Of a stretch of 64,000 bases of DNA, positions 20,476-30,153 are shown piece by piece (within the stretch, counting starts at the first letter, position 1; each line of letters begins with the position of its first letter). This stretch comes from Candidatus Sumerlaeaceae bacterium (GTDB lineage: Bacteria > Sumerlaeota > Sumerlaeia > Sumerlaeales > Sumerlaeaceae). Below the pieces are notes generated by a model. It was not told the DNA's origin, did not search any database, and saw nothing but the letters and a program-made list of their open reading frames with translations. The stretch lies in the NCBI GenBank assembly GCA_051003195.1, contig JBPCLP010000016.1, positions 3,158 through 67,157 of the forward strand. Direction: 5' to 3'. The translations under genes and the position numbers were made by a program.

Positions 20476-21351
20476 CTACGGGGCGAGTGCATACGTGCGT
20501 AACTTGTAATGACGGCCATGTACGAGACCGCTGCCTGTAGCGAACAGCATTTTGCGCGCACGGACATCCCATCGCCACTGCGGCGCGCAGCAAAGCGCCA
20601 CTGCTTCGGCCATGTTTGCGAGGCGCCTGCTCTCGTCGTGTGTCGCTGTTACTTTCAGCGAAGCCAGTGCGCGTTCATGCCGTGAGCTCCAGCCGCCGTT
20701 CTGCACGGCGACGTCGAACAGGAACGCGTGAGCGGAGACTGAGGTTAGTTTTAATTTCTTCGCCATGCGAAGCCCGGGTTCCCAGAAGCACCTGCGGGTG
20801 AGCCCCTTTTGCACGCTCTGCATCTCCGGCGTATCGCCCCATGCGCGAATAGCTGCCTTCCATTCATTCTTCACGTGCTCGCCTGCATAGAAGAGGCTTT
20901 TCCACGCTTCGGCATTGACTGCATCACTGGCGAGCAGAGTTCGCAAGCTTGCGTCGCATTCCGAGGACACGAATTCTGCAGCTCGGGGATTCGCAACGAA
21001 GAAGTCGCGTAGAATTTCCTGCACTTCACCATGCGCTGTGGTGAATCCGGCTACCCCCATCGTTAAACCGGCGCCGTCGATATCCGTTGCGTTACAGTCG
21101 CCGAAACTTGTCCCTTCCAGGCACGAGGTGACGTTGAGGCAGCGCTCGAACTCTTCCGGCCATTGCAGCCGAATGGCCCTGTAGGTCAACTCGTCCGCTG
21201 CACCATCGATTGAGAGTGCATGCGCCTTTTGTACGGCTGACACCGCAGCCTCGGTACGTGCCCCATAGCGACCGTCGCAATTCACTTTCAACTGCGACTG
21301 GAGCTGCCGCACCAGGTACCCGCTCGCTCCGCTTCTGAATGCCAAAGCCAT
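20476..21351 (-). CDS. Peptidoglycan-binding domain protein with GH46 (chitosanase/lysozyme-fold)-like catalytic domain
   Basis: The PG_binding_1 motif is GASGYLVRQLQSQLKV..DGRYGARTEAAVSAVQK. The GH46-like core is CLEG...ATDIDGAGLTMGVAGFTTAHGEV, with FLFDVAVQNG aligning to the chitosanase E/D catalytic region. There is no signal peptide. Confidence 0.6.
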   Translation of the reverse strand: MALAFRSGASGYLVRQLQSQLKVNCDGRYGARTEAAVSAVQKAHALSIDGAADELTYRAIRLQWPEEFERCLNVTSCLEGTSFGDCNATDIDGAGLTMGVAGFTTAHGEVQEILRDFFVANPRAAEFVSSECDASLRTLLASDAVNAEAWKSLFYAGEHVKNEWKAAIRAWGDTPEMQSVQKGLTRRCFWEPGLRMAKKLKLTSVSAHAFLFDVAVQNGGWSSRHERALASLKVTATHDESRRLANMAEAVALCCAPQWRWDVRARKMLFATGSGLVHGRHYKLRTYALAP

Positions 21352-21499
21352 CGAATTTCTCCTTGTTTTAGGAGGAACGTGGCAACTCTGCGGGCGCTTG
21401 CCTATTCCCGCACGGGAACTACGCACCGCTCAGCTTGACGCCGACGTGCAGGCAAGTTGTGCTTGTACATGCCGAACGCCTTCGGCAGGCCATTTCGAA

Positions 21500-22474
21500 A
21501 TGTTCGACTTCGCCGCCCTTGGTGTGAGCACGCTCCGCATTTCGATGCCGTACGCTGCGGGCGCGCTTGGCGGCACGATGAGCGAGCGCGGTGGGGTGGT
21601 GAACATCGCGCTGGAAGGGCTGATGCTGGGCGGCGCCTTTGCGTTCGTCACCACGTCCTGGGCGCTGCAAACGCACTACTTTCCGACAGGTGCGCCACCA
21701 ACCGGCAGCTGGATCTACTGGGTTGCCCCGCTGGCCGGCCTGCTTGCCGCGGTCGCGACCGGCGTCGTGCTTTCATTCATCCATGCCGTCGCGACGGTCC
21801 TGTTCAAAGCGGATAATATCATCTCCGGGTTTGCGATCAATATTTTCTCCCTTGGCGTTACGAATTTCCTGCTGAAGAAGATTTTTGGATCATCCAGCAA
21901 CTCGGAGAAATGCCTCACATTCACAAACTGGAATTTGATCTCGGCCGATTCGCCGCTGCACATCCTCAACCAGGTTCTGCACCCGCTGATATTGATTATT
22001 ATCCTGATGTTTGCGCTCATGCATTGGTTGATATATTACACGCGTTTCGGTCTGCGCCTGCGAGCGGTCGGAGAAAACCCCCAGGCGGCAGATTCACTCG
22101 GCGTTAATGTGTCCCGCTACCGCATTTCGGGCGTATTGCTTGGGGGGGCAGTTGCGAGTCTCGGGGGTGTGTGGCTTGCCTCTGACCAGGGATTGTTTAC
22201 GAGCAACATGACGGCGGGACGCGGTTATATCGCGCTTGCAGCCATGATTATTGGCAAGTGGCGCCCATGGGGTGCAGCCGCGGCTTGTCTTATCTTTGGA
22301 CTGGCTGAAGCGATACAGAACCAGATGCAGGTGCATAGCGGCGGTGGAGCTATTCCGACCCAACTCATCCAGGCGTTTCCTTATTTGCTGACGATTATCG
22401 TGATCGCAGGTCTCATTGGGCGCAGCTCGCCCCCAGCGGCGGACGGGATCCCGTACGAGAAAGAGCGCGAGTAA
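21500..22474 (+). CDS. ABC transporter permease (BMP/nucleoside-type or branched-chain-type inner-membrane subunit), orphan
   Basis: It has the VNIALEGLMLGGAFAFV motif and 8-10 TM segments. No ATPase or substrate-binding gene is adjacent. Confidence 0.6.
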   Translation: MFDFAALGVSTLRISMPYAAGALGGTMSERGGVVNIALEGLMLGGAFAFVTTSWALQTHYFPTGAPPTGSWIYWVAPLAGLLAAVATGVVLSFIHAVATVLFKADNIISGFAINIFSLGVTNFLLKKIFGSSSNSEKCLTFTNWNLISADSPLHILNQVLHPLILIIILMFALMHWLIYYTRFGLRLRAVGENPQAADSLGVNVSRYRISGVLLGGAVASLGGVWLASDQGLFTSNMTAGRGYIALAAMIIGKWRPWGAAAACLIFGLAEAIQNQMQVHSGGGAIPTQLIQAFPYLLTIIVIAGLIGRSSPPAADGIPYEKERE

Positions 22475-22498
22475 TTACGACTTCTTAAAGTTTTCAGG

Positions 22499-23530
22499 CT
22501 ACTCGCCGCCGAGCAGGCCGCCGAGAAGCGATCCCTCTTCCTTGGCAGCGCCGCCGCGGGTGCCCACGATACGGCCGGCAAGCCGACTGAATGGCAGACT
22601 CTGCAGCCAAATTCTTCCAGGACCCGTGAGCGTGGCGAAGAAGAGTCCCTCACCGCCGAACAGCGTGTTCTTAATGCCGCCCACCATCTGGATGTCATAT
22701 CCGACGCTCGGCTGAAGTGCCACAATGCAGCCAGTATCGACACGCAATGTCTCGCCGTGACTGAGTGTGCGTTCCATGATATTTCCGCCGGCATGCACAA
22801 TCGCGACTCCGTCACCGGTCAGGCGCTGCATAATAAACCCTTCACCACCAAAGAGCCCGACACCGATCTTTTTCTGGAACGCGATATTGATGGTCGTTCC
22901 GCGCGCGGCACAAACAAAGGCATCGCGCTGCACGATGAGTTCGTGGCCAAGTTCATCGAGGTGCATTGGGATCAGCTTGCCGGGATAAGGTGCTGAAAAC
23001 GCGACATCCTCGCGGCTTCCGCTGGTGCAGGTGAACGTGGTCACAAACAGCGATTCGCCGGTCAGCGCGCGTTTGCCTGCGGACAACAGCTTGCCCATCA
23101 CGCCCTGGTTCTGCGCGGAAGGGTCACCCAGCACCGTGTCCATTTTTACGCCGGGAGTCATGTACATCATCATGCCCGGCTCAGCGATCACCATTTCGCC
23201 CGGGTCGAGCATTACGTCCACATACTGCATTTCGCCGCCATGGATTTTATAATCGATCTCGTCAGAGCGCTTGCCGGAGGCACTCTGGGTGGAAGATGTC
23301 GATCCAGCTGGAACAGGCGGCGGGGGCGCGCTGCCGGGGCCGGAATTTGCCAGACGCGCGGCGACTTCTGGCACGCTTGACGCAGATTTCCATTCGGGAG
23401 TGCCGGGCCCGTACACGAGCGCCGAGTTTCCGCCCGCCCCCGGGATCCGCTGAACCAGTTCGTCGAGGCTCATAGGCCCGAGTGTCTGTCCATTTTGTGC
23501 AAGGTACCATACCGGTCCGCTCGATGACAT
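22499..23530 (-). CDS. DUF4339 (GYF-like) + TIGR00266/AIM24-family protein
   Basis: The N-terminus WYLAQNGQTLGPMSLDELV matches DUF4339. The C-terminal part has an AIM24-like Gly-rich beta architecture. Confidence 0.55.
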   Translation of the reverse strand: MSSSGPVWYLAQNGQTLGPMSLDELVQRIPGAGGNSALVYGPGTPEWKSASSVPEVAARLANSGPGSAPPPPVPAGSTSSTQSASGKRSDEIDYKIHGGEMQYVDVMLDPGEMVIAEPGMMMYMTPGVKMDTVLGDPSAQNQGVMGKLLSAGKRALTGESLFVTTFTCTSGSREDVAFSAPYPGKLIPMHLDELGHELIVQRDAFVCAARGTTINIAFQKKIGVGLFGGEGFIMQRLTGDGVAIVHAGGNIMERTLSHGETLRVDTGCIVALQPSVGYDIQMVGGIKNTLFGGEGLFFATLTGPGRIWLQSLPFSRLAGRIVGTRGGAAKEEGSLLGGLLGGE

Positions 23531-23903
23531 ACCAATTACTCCCTTTAGAATCTCAGCCCTCAATGCGGTTCCTGTCGAAGCACAGGTTCAATTGCTTTTT
23601 TGGCTTCGCGCCAAAATCGGATCTGGGGTTAACTCCCAAACTATTCTGCGGCTGGTTGCCTCATGACAGCCTTTGCGTCACTCTCCAAAGTAATCCAGAT
23701 CGACCTTCTGCACTTTGAAGCTGATCCGGAGCTGACCCCAGATCTCCCGTCGCCTCAAACTCCTGCACGGACGTAGCCCCCGCATTTTTCTTGTCTTTGT
23801 ACCGGCCCTGCCGTCTCTCTCTATAATGCAGGGTTGCAATCACATTGGTTAGCACGGTGGCATCCCGCTGACCGCCGCATAGAGAGGTTCGTCCAAGCAT
23901 CAG

Positions 23904-26900
23904 ATGTCCATGGCGCCCGCGCAAAGTTATACGCTAACCAGCATCGTTGATAACCGTGGTGAAAACACGCTCTGCAATGCCATCGATCAAATTACGGAGA
24001 ACGGACGCGAGCTGTGGATTGCCACCGCCTTCTTCTCACTCGATGCCCTTAATATGGTTGGCAAGAATCTGCAATCCGCTGAGCGCATTCGTCTTCTCTT
24101 CGGCGACGACGCCAGCGCGAAACAGCGTAACGCGCTGCTTGCCGCGATGCGTAACCGTTCCGATGCCGACCTGCTGCGCCAGCGCGATGTGGACGCGCTG
24201 CTTCAGGGGCTTCGGCGCGCCTTACAGCTCATCAACGACGGAAAGCTCGAAGCCCGCGTGTACACACGCGAAAAGTTTCACGCTAAGCTGTACATTTCCC
24301 ACCGTACCGGCTACCCGCCAGCATCCAGTATTGTAGGCAGTGGCAATTTTACGCGCTCGGGCCTGACACAGAATATCGAGCTCAACGTCCGCCTTATCGA
24401 GGACCAGACAGAGAAGCTGATTTCCTGGTACCAGGATCGCTGGGACGAAGCAGAAGAGGACGACGTAACTCTTGTCTTAAAAGCCGAAATTGAACGCCAG
24501 ATTCGCCTCTACGCTCCGTACGCCATTTATCTTAAAGCGCTGCTTACATGGGGAGACTATGTACAGGGCCGCGATCCCTTAAAGCAGCTTCAGATCTTAC
24601 CATTGCTTGACCCGCACCAGGAGCACGCATACCGGCAGGCGCTTCGCATCCTCCAGCGGGAACCCGGCGTCATGATTTGCGACGGCGTTGGCCTTGGTAA
24701 ATCCTTCGTCGCCCTGGCTCTGATGGAACACTGGCTGTCCGAAGGATCGCGTGTACTGCTGGTTGCCCCCAAGGCTATCCTGAAAAGCTCGTGGGAAGGT
24801 TACCTGAGGAGGTATCTATCCAGGTACAGCCGCGGTTTCACAAACCTCCACTGTAAGCCCATGACCTGGTTTGGCTTCGACCCTGAAGAGGATTCTAACG
24901 ACCTTGAGCAACTAGTCGAATACGCCACCCAGGCGGACGTGATCATTATCGACGAGAGTCACAATTTTAGAAATTCTGCAAGCCAGCGGTACGAGAACCT
25001 TTACCGCGTTGTTGCCCCAAACGAGCGCGGCAGAAAGAAAATCGTCCTTCTGACGGCCACTCCAATCAACACGCGTTACGAGGATCTATCCAGCCAGTTT
25101 CAGATCCTCACCCATGACACGGGCGCAATTTCAGGCATCCCCCGGCTGCAAATCAATAAGCTGGCGCGTAACAAAGATCGCGAGATCATGAAGAAGGGCG
25201 AGCCGCTGGAGCAAGGCGATTTCCTTGACCTTCAAGGCGTCATGCTGGAAGACCTGCTTGGCATCGCTCTCAAGGCTGTCGCCATTCAACGCTCCCGTAA
25301 AACCTGCAGGGGACTTGCTGATGCCGCAGGGCGACACCTGCGTTTTCCTAAACGACAGAAGCCGACAGAAGTATCGTACGAACTTGGTTACGGGCACGAG
25401 TCCCTGATTAAGGAAGCCAGCCTTCGCTTCAAAGAGTTGGGCGCATACATTGCAGCCTATCGCGACGAAGTGACGGAGGCTTCTGAAAAAGATCGTGCAG
25501 TAAAGAAGACCTTCGGTAAGCAACCGCAGCACGGACTCAAATTCAGCGGCTACCTTCCGAATTTGTTCTCACGCAATAAGGCGATTTCAAATCGCCAGGC
25601 GCAGGTGGAAGCATTCCTGGCAGCCATGGTGTTCGTGAACGTGATGAAACAGCTGGAAAGTTCAACGCCCGCGTTTCAGTCCATCATCGAGTCTCTGGGT
25701 CGTGGCCTTGCGTTGCGGCTGCGCCATTTCTGTGGGGACGAAGAAAAGGTGCAGGCTGCACTGCGCCGACATGAAAAGTGGGTCAAGCTACCCGCAAACG
25801 TTGAGCCCGACGATCAAATTTCAGATGAACCTGAAGACGCCGTCGCGGATGAAGCCAGCGGTGGTGAAACAGACGATTATATCTGCCGCGAAGAACGTCG
25901 CGCGATTAAGCGTCTCAAGGCCCTCGGTTTCAGCAATGAAACACACGACGTCGCGCGGTGGCGAAACGATATTCTTAATGATCTCGAACACCTGCAAAGC
26001 ATTCACGATAAATGTCTTCATGCACGCGAAGAGCAGGACGCGAAGCTTGTCGAAATCTCAAAGCACGTTAGGGAGCAGCGTTCGCTCGGACGCAAAGTGC
26101 TGATCTTCAGCCAGAGCCGGCTCACGGCGCAATATATCCAGTCCGGGCTTGAAGCAATCCTCGGCGAAAAAGTCGCAATGGTCACCTCGGAGATCGGCGG
26201 CGATATACGCGCACGCATCCTGAACGCTTTTTCGCCGCATTATAATGATTTGCACACGCGTAATATGAAGCCGCTCGACGAATTGAACATCCTTGTTTCG
26301 ACGGACGTGCTTGCCGAAGGCGTCAACCTGCAGGAAGCCGGCTGCGTTCTAAATTACGATCTGCACTGGAACCCAACCCGGTTGATCCAGCGGATCGGTC
26401 GCGTAGACCGTCGCCTCAAACAGGGTGAACCCGATCACGAGTTCGACATTCTGAACGTCTTCCCGCCAAAAGCAATCGACGAAGTGATCTCCCTGGTCGA
26501 CACCGTTGAGCATCGCAAGCGCAAGATCAGTCACCTGCTTGGCATTGATGTTTCATTCTTCAAGGCGACCGATGAGGAAGACACTCTCAAAGAGTTCAAC
26601 CGGCTTTACGAGGGCGAAGAGAGTCCCCGAGACAAGCAGCTCATCCAGTATGTGCGCCAGGTGGAGTTAAGCAGCGAGCAGAAGGCAATCGCTGAAGCAC
26701 TCCCGCCAGGTGCGCTCGGCGTCTGGTCCGGGGCTCCGTGTGATGGCGTGTTTGCCCTGTTTTTAATTGTGTGGCGCAAACCTGAGGCTGCCCCTGAGCA
26801 CTGGAATCCGGAACAGACCATACCCGAAGCCGATCTGAAGCGCTTCCGCTCACTTATAGGAGCCCCCAAATTGCTGCTTGGCCGTTCAGGACCCGAAATT

Positions 26901-27092
26901 GAAACCGACGCTCCTTCCGTGCTTGAGCTACTCGCGAAGGTCAGCCCGCAAGAAAAGAGCGGGTTCCCTCGCGACATTGAAGCGCTTCAAAAGAATCTCA
27001 AGCGCCTGCGTTCCGCTGCGCTTTCCTCCATTCCCGACCGTACGCAGAACGTAACCGTGGAGCTCGTGTGCTGGATGGAACTTCAAACCTGA
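23904..27092 (+). CDS. Fused phospholipase-D-like nuclease + SNF2-family (SF2) helicase
   Basis: The PLD HKD motif is HAKLYISHRTGY..IVGSGNFTRSGL. Helicase motif I is ICDGVGLGKS, motif II is IIIDESHNFRN, and motif VI is NPTRLIQRIGRVDRR. Confidence 0.85.
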   Translation: MSMAPAQSYTLTSIVDNRGENTLCNAIDQITENGRELWIATAFFSLDALNMVGKNLQSAERIRLLFGDDASAKQRNALLAAMRNRSDADLLRQRDVDALLQGLRRALQLINDGKLEARVYTREKFHAKLYISHRTGYPPASSIVGSGNFTRSGLTQNIELNVRLIEDQTEKLISWYQDRWDEAEEDDVTLVLKAEIERQIRLYAPYAIYLKALLTWGDYVQGRDPLKQLQILPLLDPHQEHAYRQALRILQREPGVMICDGVGLGKSFVALALMEHWLSEGSRVLLVAPKAILKSSWEGYLRRYLSRYSRGFTNLHCKPMTWFGFDPEEDSNDLEQLVEYATQADVIIIDESHNFRNSASQRYENLYRVVAPNERGRKKIVLLTATPINTRYEDLSSQFQILTHDTGAISGIPRLQINKLARNKDREIMKKGEPLEQGDFLDLQGVMLEDLLGIALKAVAIQRSRKTCRGLADAAGRHLRFPKRQKPTEVSYELGYGHESLIKEASLRFKELGAYIAAYRDEVTEASEKDRAVKKTFGKQPQHGLKFSGYLPNLFSRNKAISNRQAQVEAFLAAMVFVNVMKQLESSTPAFQSIIESLGRGLALRLRHFCGDEEKVQAALRRHEKWVKLPANVEPDDQISDEPEDAVADEASGGETDDYICREERRAIKRLKALGFSNETHDVARWRNDILNDLEHLQSIHDKCLHAREEQDAKLVEISKHVREQRSLGRKVLIFSQSRLTAQYIQSGLEAILGEKVAMVTSEIGGDIRARILNAFSPHYNDLHTRNMKPLDELNILVSTDVLAEGVNLQEAGCVLNYDLHWNPTRLIQRIGRVDRRLKQGEPDHEFDILNVFPPKAIDEVISLVDTVEHRKRKISHLLGIDVSFFKATDEEDTLKEFNRLYEGEESPRDKQLIQYVRQVELSSEQKAIAEALPPGALGVWSGAPCDGVFALFLIVWRKPEAAPEHWNPEQTIPEADLKRFRSLIGAPKLLLGRSGPEIETDAPSVLELLAKVSPQEKSGFPRDIEALQKNLKRLRSAALSSIPDRTQNVTVELVCWMELQT

Positions 27093-30000
27093 TGATTGAC
27101 CCGCAACTACTTCACGACGTACACGACCGCGATTCGCTGGTAGCACTACTCAAGAAAAGCGAAACCCAGCAGGGGCTCGGCTGGCCGGTGGATCCCGACG
27201 CGCCGTTCCAGTTTGAACCAGAGATCGCAAAAGGCATCAAAAGCGGTTTAAACGTAGCTATTTCGCGATTGGTTCCGGCCTCTTCGGAAGATAAACACCT
27301 GGTGCTACTGGCGGAATTCCCACAACCGTATGTCCGACGCGACCTGCGCGAACTCCTCGCCTCCCTGCGCAAACATATTCGGGACACCAAGCGCTTCGCC
27401 GACCACACCGGAATCGGCGATACCGTATTCATTGTCGCAGGCCCGGCATACGACGACGTGCGCTTTGTTCTGTTCGAGGAACGTGAACGCCGGCTCCCGC
27501 GCATCCGCTCCTTCGGCTGGAGTCGCGCGCACATTGGGCGCACCGTTCTTACGCACAACCTGGGGCGTCTCGTATGGAGCAGCCGTGAGAAATGGGAATC
27601 TGCCTGGGACGTCGAGGCGCTCACCGATGAATTCTACCAGGAGTTCGTCAAAGTTTTCGACGCGGTAAAAGCCGCAACCACTCATCCCGGCAACAACGAA
27701 AAAAAACATGCCTATGTCCAGCAGCTCCTCAATCGCATGCTGTTTATCGCATTTATCGAACGCATGGGCTGGCTCAAGCTGCCGTGGCCTGACGCTACCA
27801 AACCTACCACCGACTATATGCACGCGCTCTGGATACGGCACCAGCAGGAAGAGGATCCGGCGGCATACTACAAAAGTGTCGTAGAACCATCCCTCGCCCC
27901 GATATCCTTCAACTCCGTTTTAGGTAAACTCTTCTTCGATGGGCTAAATCGCGCCGGCGGGATTGCCCACGGCCACACGCTATACAAGCTTTTGGGTGAC
28001 GTGCCATATCTTGACGGCGGACTGTTCGAAGAGGAAGCCACGCTCGACGTTCCTGGCGTGTCAGTGCAAGATGAAGTCTTCGATCTGATACTCGGCGATA
28101 GACGCCCTGGCTTTGACGGCGGCCTCTTCCGCCGCTTTAACTTTACCGTTACGGAATCCACACCGCTCGACCAGGAAGTCGCAGTCGATCCGGAAATGCT
28201 TGGCAAAATTTTTGAAAGTATTATTTTGGATGTGGAACGTCACAGCACGGGCACGTATTACACACCACGTCCTATTGTCGAGTTCATGGTAAACGAGGTG
28301 CTCAAGGACTACCTTACCGAAAAAGGGTTAGCAGCGGATAAAGCCGCACTCCTCGTGGATGAGGACAACGTGGAGTCCGACGAGTTGTCATTCAAGCCTT
28401 CCGAGATGCAGGATACCTTGAACTTGCTGTTTGAAGTGCGTGCCGTTGACCCTGCCTGCGGATCGGGCGCGTATCTACTTACGCTACTGCAGCGGCTGTT
28501 CGAACTGGTGGACCGGCTGGAAGTCGTGCACGACAAAGGACGCAATACTGACCCGCGACATTTTTATAATACAAAACTGCGGCTGTTGCACCGATGCATA
28601 TACGGTGTCGACATCAGCGAAATTGCCATCCGTATTGCGCGCCTACGCCTATGGTTGTCGCTGGTCATCGAAAACAAAGGGATCATACCCGAGCCGCTGC
28701 CGAGTTTCGACTTTCTGATCATGTGCGGTGATTCACTGGCGTCGCCAGTGGAACAAAACGAGGCAGGATTAGCGTATCCTCATAATACGATTCAGGACTA
28801 TACGGTCCTTAAACAGCGATGGTTCCACCCATCCAACAATACACGTCCAGAACGAGAAGTTCTTACCCGCAAACGTGCCGAAATAGCAGCTGCATTTGAG
28901 CATGAGCTCGCAAGCAGTAGGTTCAGAGCCGCTGCGCAAAATCCATTCGATTGGGAGGTCGAGTTTGCCGAAGTCTTTGATCCGAACTTTGACAATTCAC
29001 CGGGGTTCGATATCATCTTAGCAAATCCCCCCTACGGTATTGCCGTCGAGTCACAATACCGAGTCTCGATCAACAGCAAGGAATCTTACGCAGCATTCTT
29101 AGCATTGGCTCACGCACTTAGTACGCCCGGCGGAACGTGCTCGTTTATCGTACCCACCTCTTGGCAAACTGGAGAACACTTTTTCCAATTTAGAAGTTGG
29201 TTGTTCGGAAACAACATCGTGCATTCAGTGGTCAATCTTCCCTATGATATGTTTGCAGCTGCCTATGTTGATACGTGTATTGTTACATTCCGTGCCAGAG
29301 CGCGAACAGTATCCGGTAGAGAGATATCGATAGCTGTTCTTCCAAAGCATGCGGAGTATAGGCGGGAGGATATTGCTTCAGCTCTACGGAAGTTACCCTT
29401 TAAAGCCATTGAGTCAGATTCCCGCCTTCGAATCGTCGTAAATCCAGACGCCGTCGACTTGATAACTAAGGTCAGTGTAGGTTCGCGCTTAGATAGTAAG
29501 GCAGTCGTAAAGCGCGGGATCGAGGCCTACAACTATAAAATTGCCCTGAAGCCGACCACGCCATCCATGTTGCCTTTTTATGAAGGTACGGTGCGACGCT
29601 ATTACGCCGGTTCGCTCATGGAAGACAAATGGGTCCAGCCAAAACCTAGGGAGGTTGAGCTGCACTGCGGGGAGCGCATTCTTTTAAGACGTTTGGTCAG
29701 CCGTTCAAATCGGCTGATGGCAGCCCGAGTTAACTTCGATGCAGTCGTTAAAAAAGATCTGTATATAGTTAGAACGGAAGGTACGGAGATGTTGCTATTC
29801 CTGCTTGGATTGCTGAATTCGTCATTGTGGTCCTACTTGTATTTGTCACGTTCAGCGTCTGCTCAGAAGGATGACTTCCGTCAAGTGACACTCGAAGGTA
29901 TCCGCGGATTACCTCTGCCAGAGAGCAGAGCTCAGAGGGGTGCAATAGCGGAACTTGTCTGCGCGATCGAGCGCAGAGTAGCTGCAAATGAGTCATATGA

Positions 30001-30100
30001 CCTGCTTGATGCGGAACTCGACACGCACATCTACGCTTTGTATGGAGTCTCCAATGAAGAACAAAGCGCCGTACTAAAATATCTGGATACGCGTGGATAA
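27092..30100 (+). CDS. PglX/Eco57I-family N6-adenine DNA methyltransferase with C-terminal target-recognition region
   Basis: Motif I is VDPACGSGAYLL and motif IV is ILANPPYG. Upstream helical-domain blocks (LLNRMLFIAFIERMGWL, DPEMLGKIFESI, GTYYTPRPIV) are typical of MmeI/PglX-type enzymes. The start ATG at 27092 overlaps the helicase stop (TGATG); a GTG at 27068 is an alternative. Confidence 0.85.
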   Translation: MIDPQLLHDVHDRDSLVALLKKSETQQGLGWPVDPDAPFQFEPEIAKGIKSGLNVAISRLVPASSEDKHLVLLAEFPQPYVRRDLRELLASLRKHIRDTKRFADHTGIGDTVFIVAGPAYDDVRFVLFEERERRLPRIRSFGWSRAHIGRTVLTHNLGRLVWSSREKWESAWDVEALTDEFYQEFVKVFDAVKAATTHPGNNEKKHAYVQQLLNRMLFIAFIERMGWLKLPWPDATKPTTDYMHALWIRHQQEEDPAAYYKSVVEPSLAPISFNSVLGKLFFDGLNRAGGIAHGHTLYKLLGDVPYLDGGLFEEEATLDVPGVSVQDEVFDLILGDRRPGFDGGLFRRFNFTVTESTPLDQEVAVDPEMLGKIFESIILDVERHSTGTYYTPRPIVEFMVNEVLKDYLTEKGLAADKAALLVDEDNVESDELSFKPSEMQDTLNLLFEVRAVDPACGSGAYLLTLLQRLFELVDRLEVVHDKGRNTDPRHFYNTKLRLLHRCIYGVDISEIAIRIARLRLWLSLVIENKGIIPEPLPSFDFLIMCGDSLASPVEQNEAGLAYPHNTIQDYTVLKQRWFHPSNNTRPEREVLTRKRAEIAAAFEHELASSRFRAAAQNPFDWEVEFAEVFDPNFDNSPGFDIILANPPYGIAVESQYRVSINSKESYAAFLALAHALSTPGGTCSFIVPTSWQTGEHFFQFRSWLFGNNIVHSVVNLPYDMFAAAYVDTCIVTFRARARTVSGREISIAVLPKHAEYRREDIASALRKLPFKAIESDSRLRIVVNPDAVDLITKVSVGSRLDSKAVVKRGIEAYNYKIALKPTTPSMLPFYEGTVRRYYAGSLMEDKWVQPKPREVELHCGERILLRRLVSRSNRLMAARVNFDAVVKKDLYIVRTEGTEMLLFLLGLLNSSLWSYLYLSRSASAQKDDFRQVTLEGIRGLPLPESRAQRGAIAELVCAIERRVAANESYDLLDAELDTHIYALYGVSNEEQSAVLKYLDTRG

Positions 30101-30153
30101 GAATGACCGGTCGTGATTTACAGGACTGGCTCAGCCAGCGCGAGCGGTAGCGG

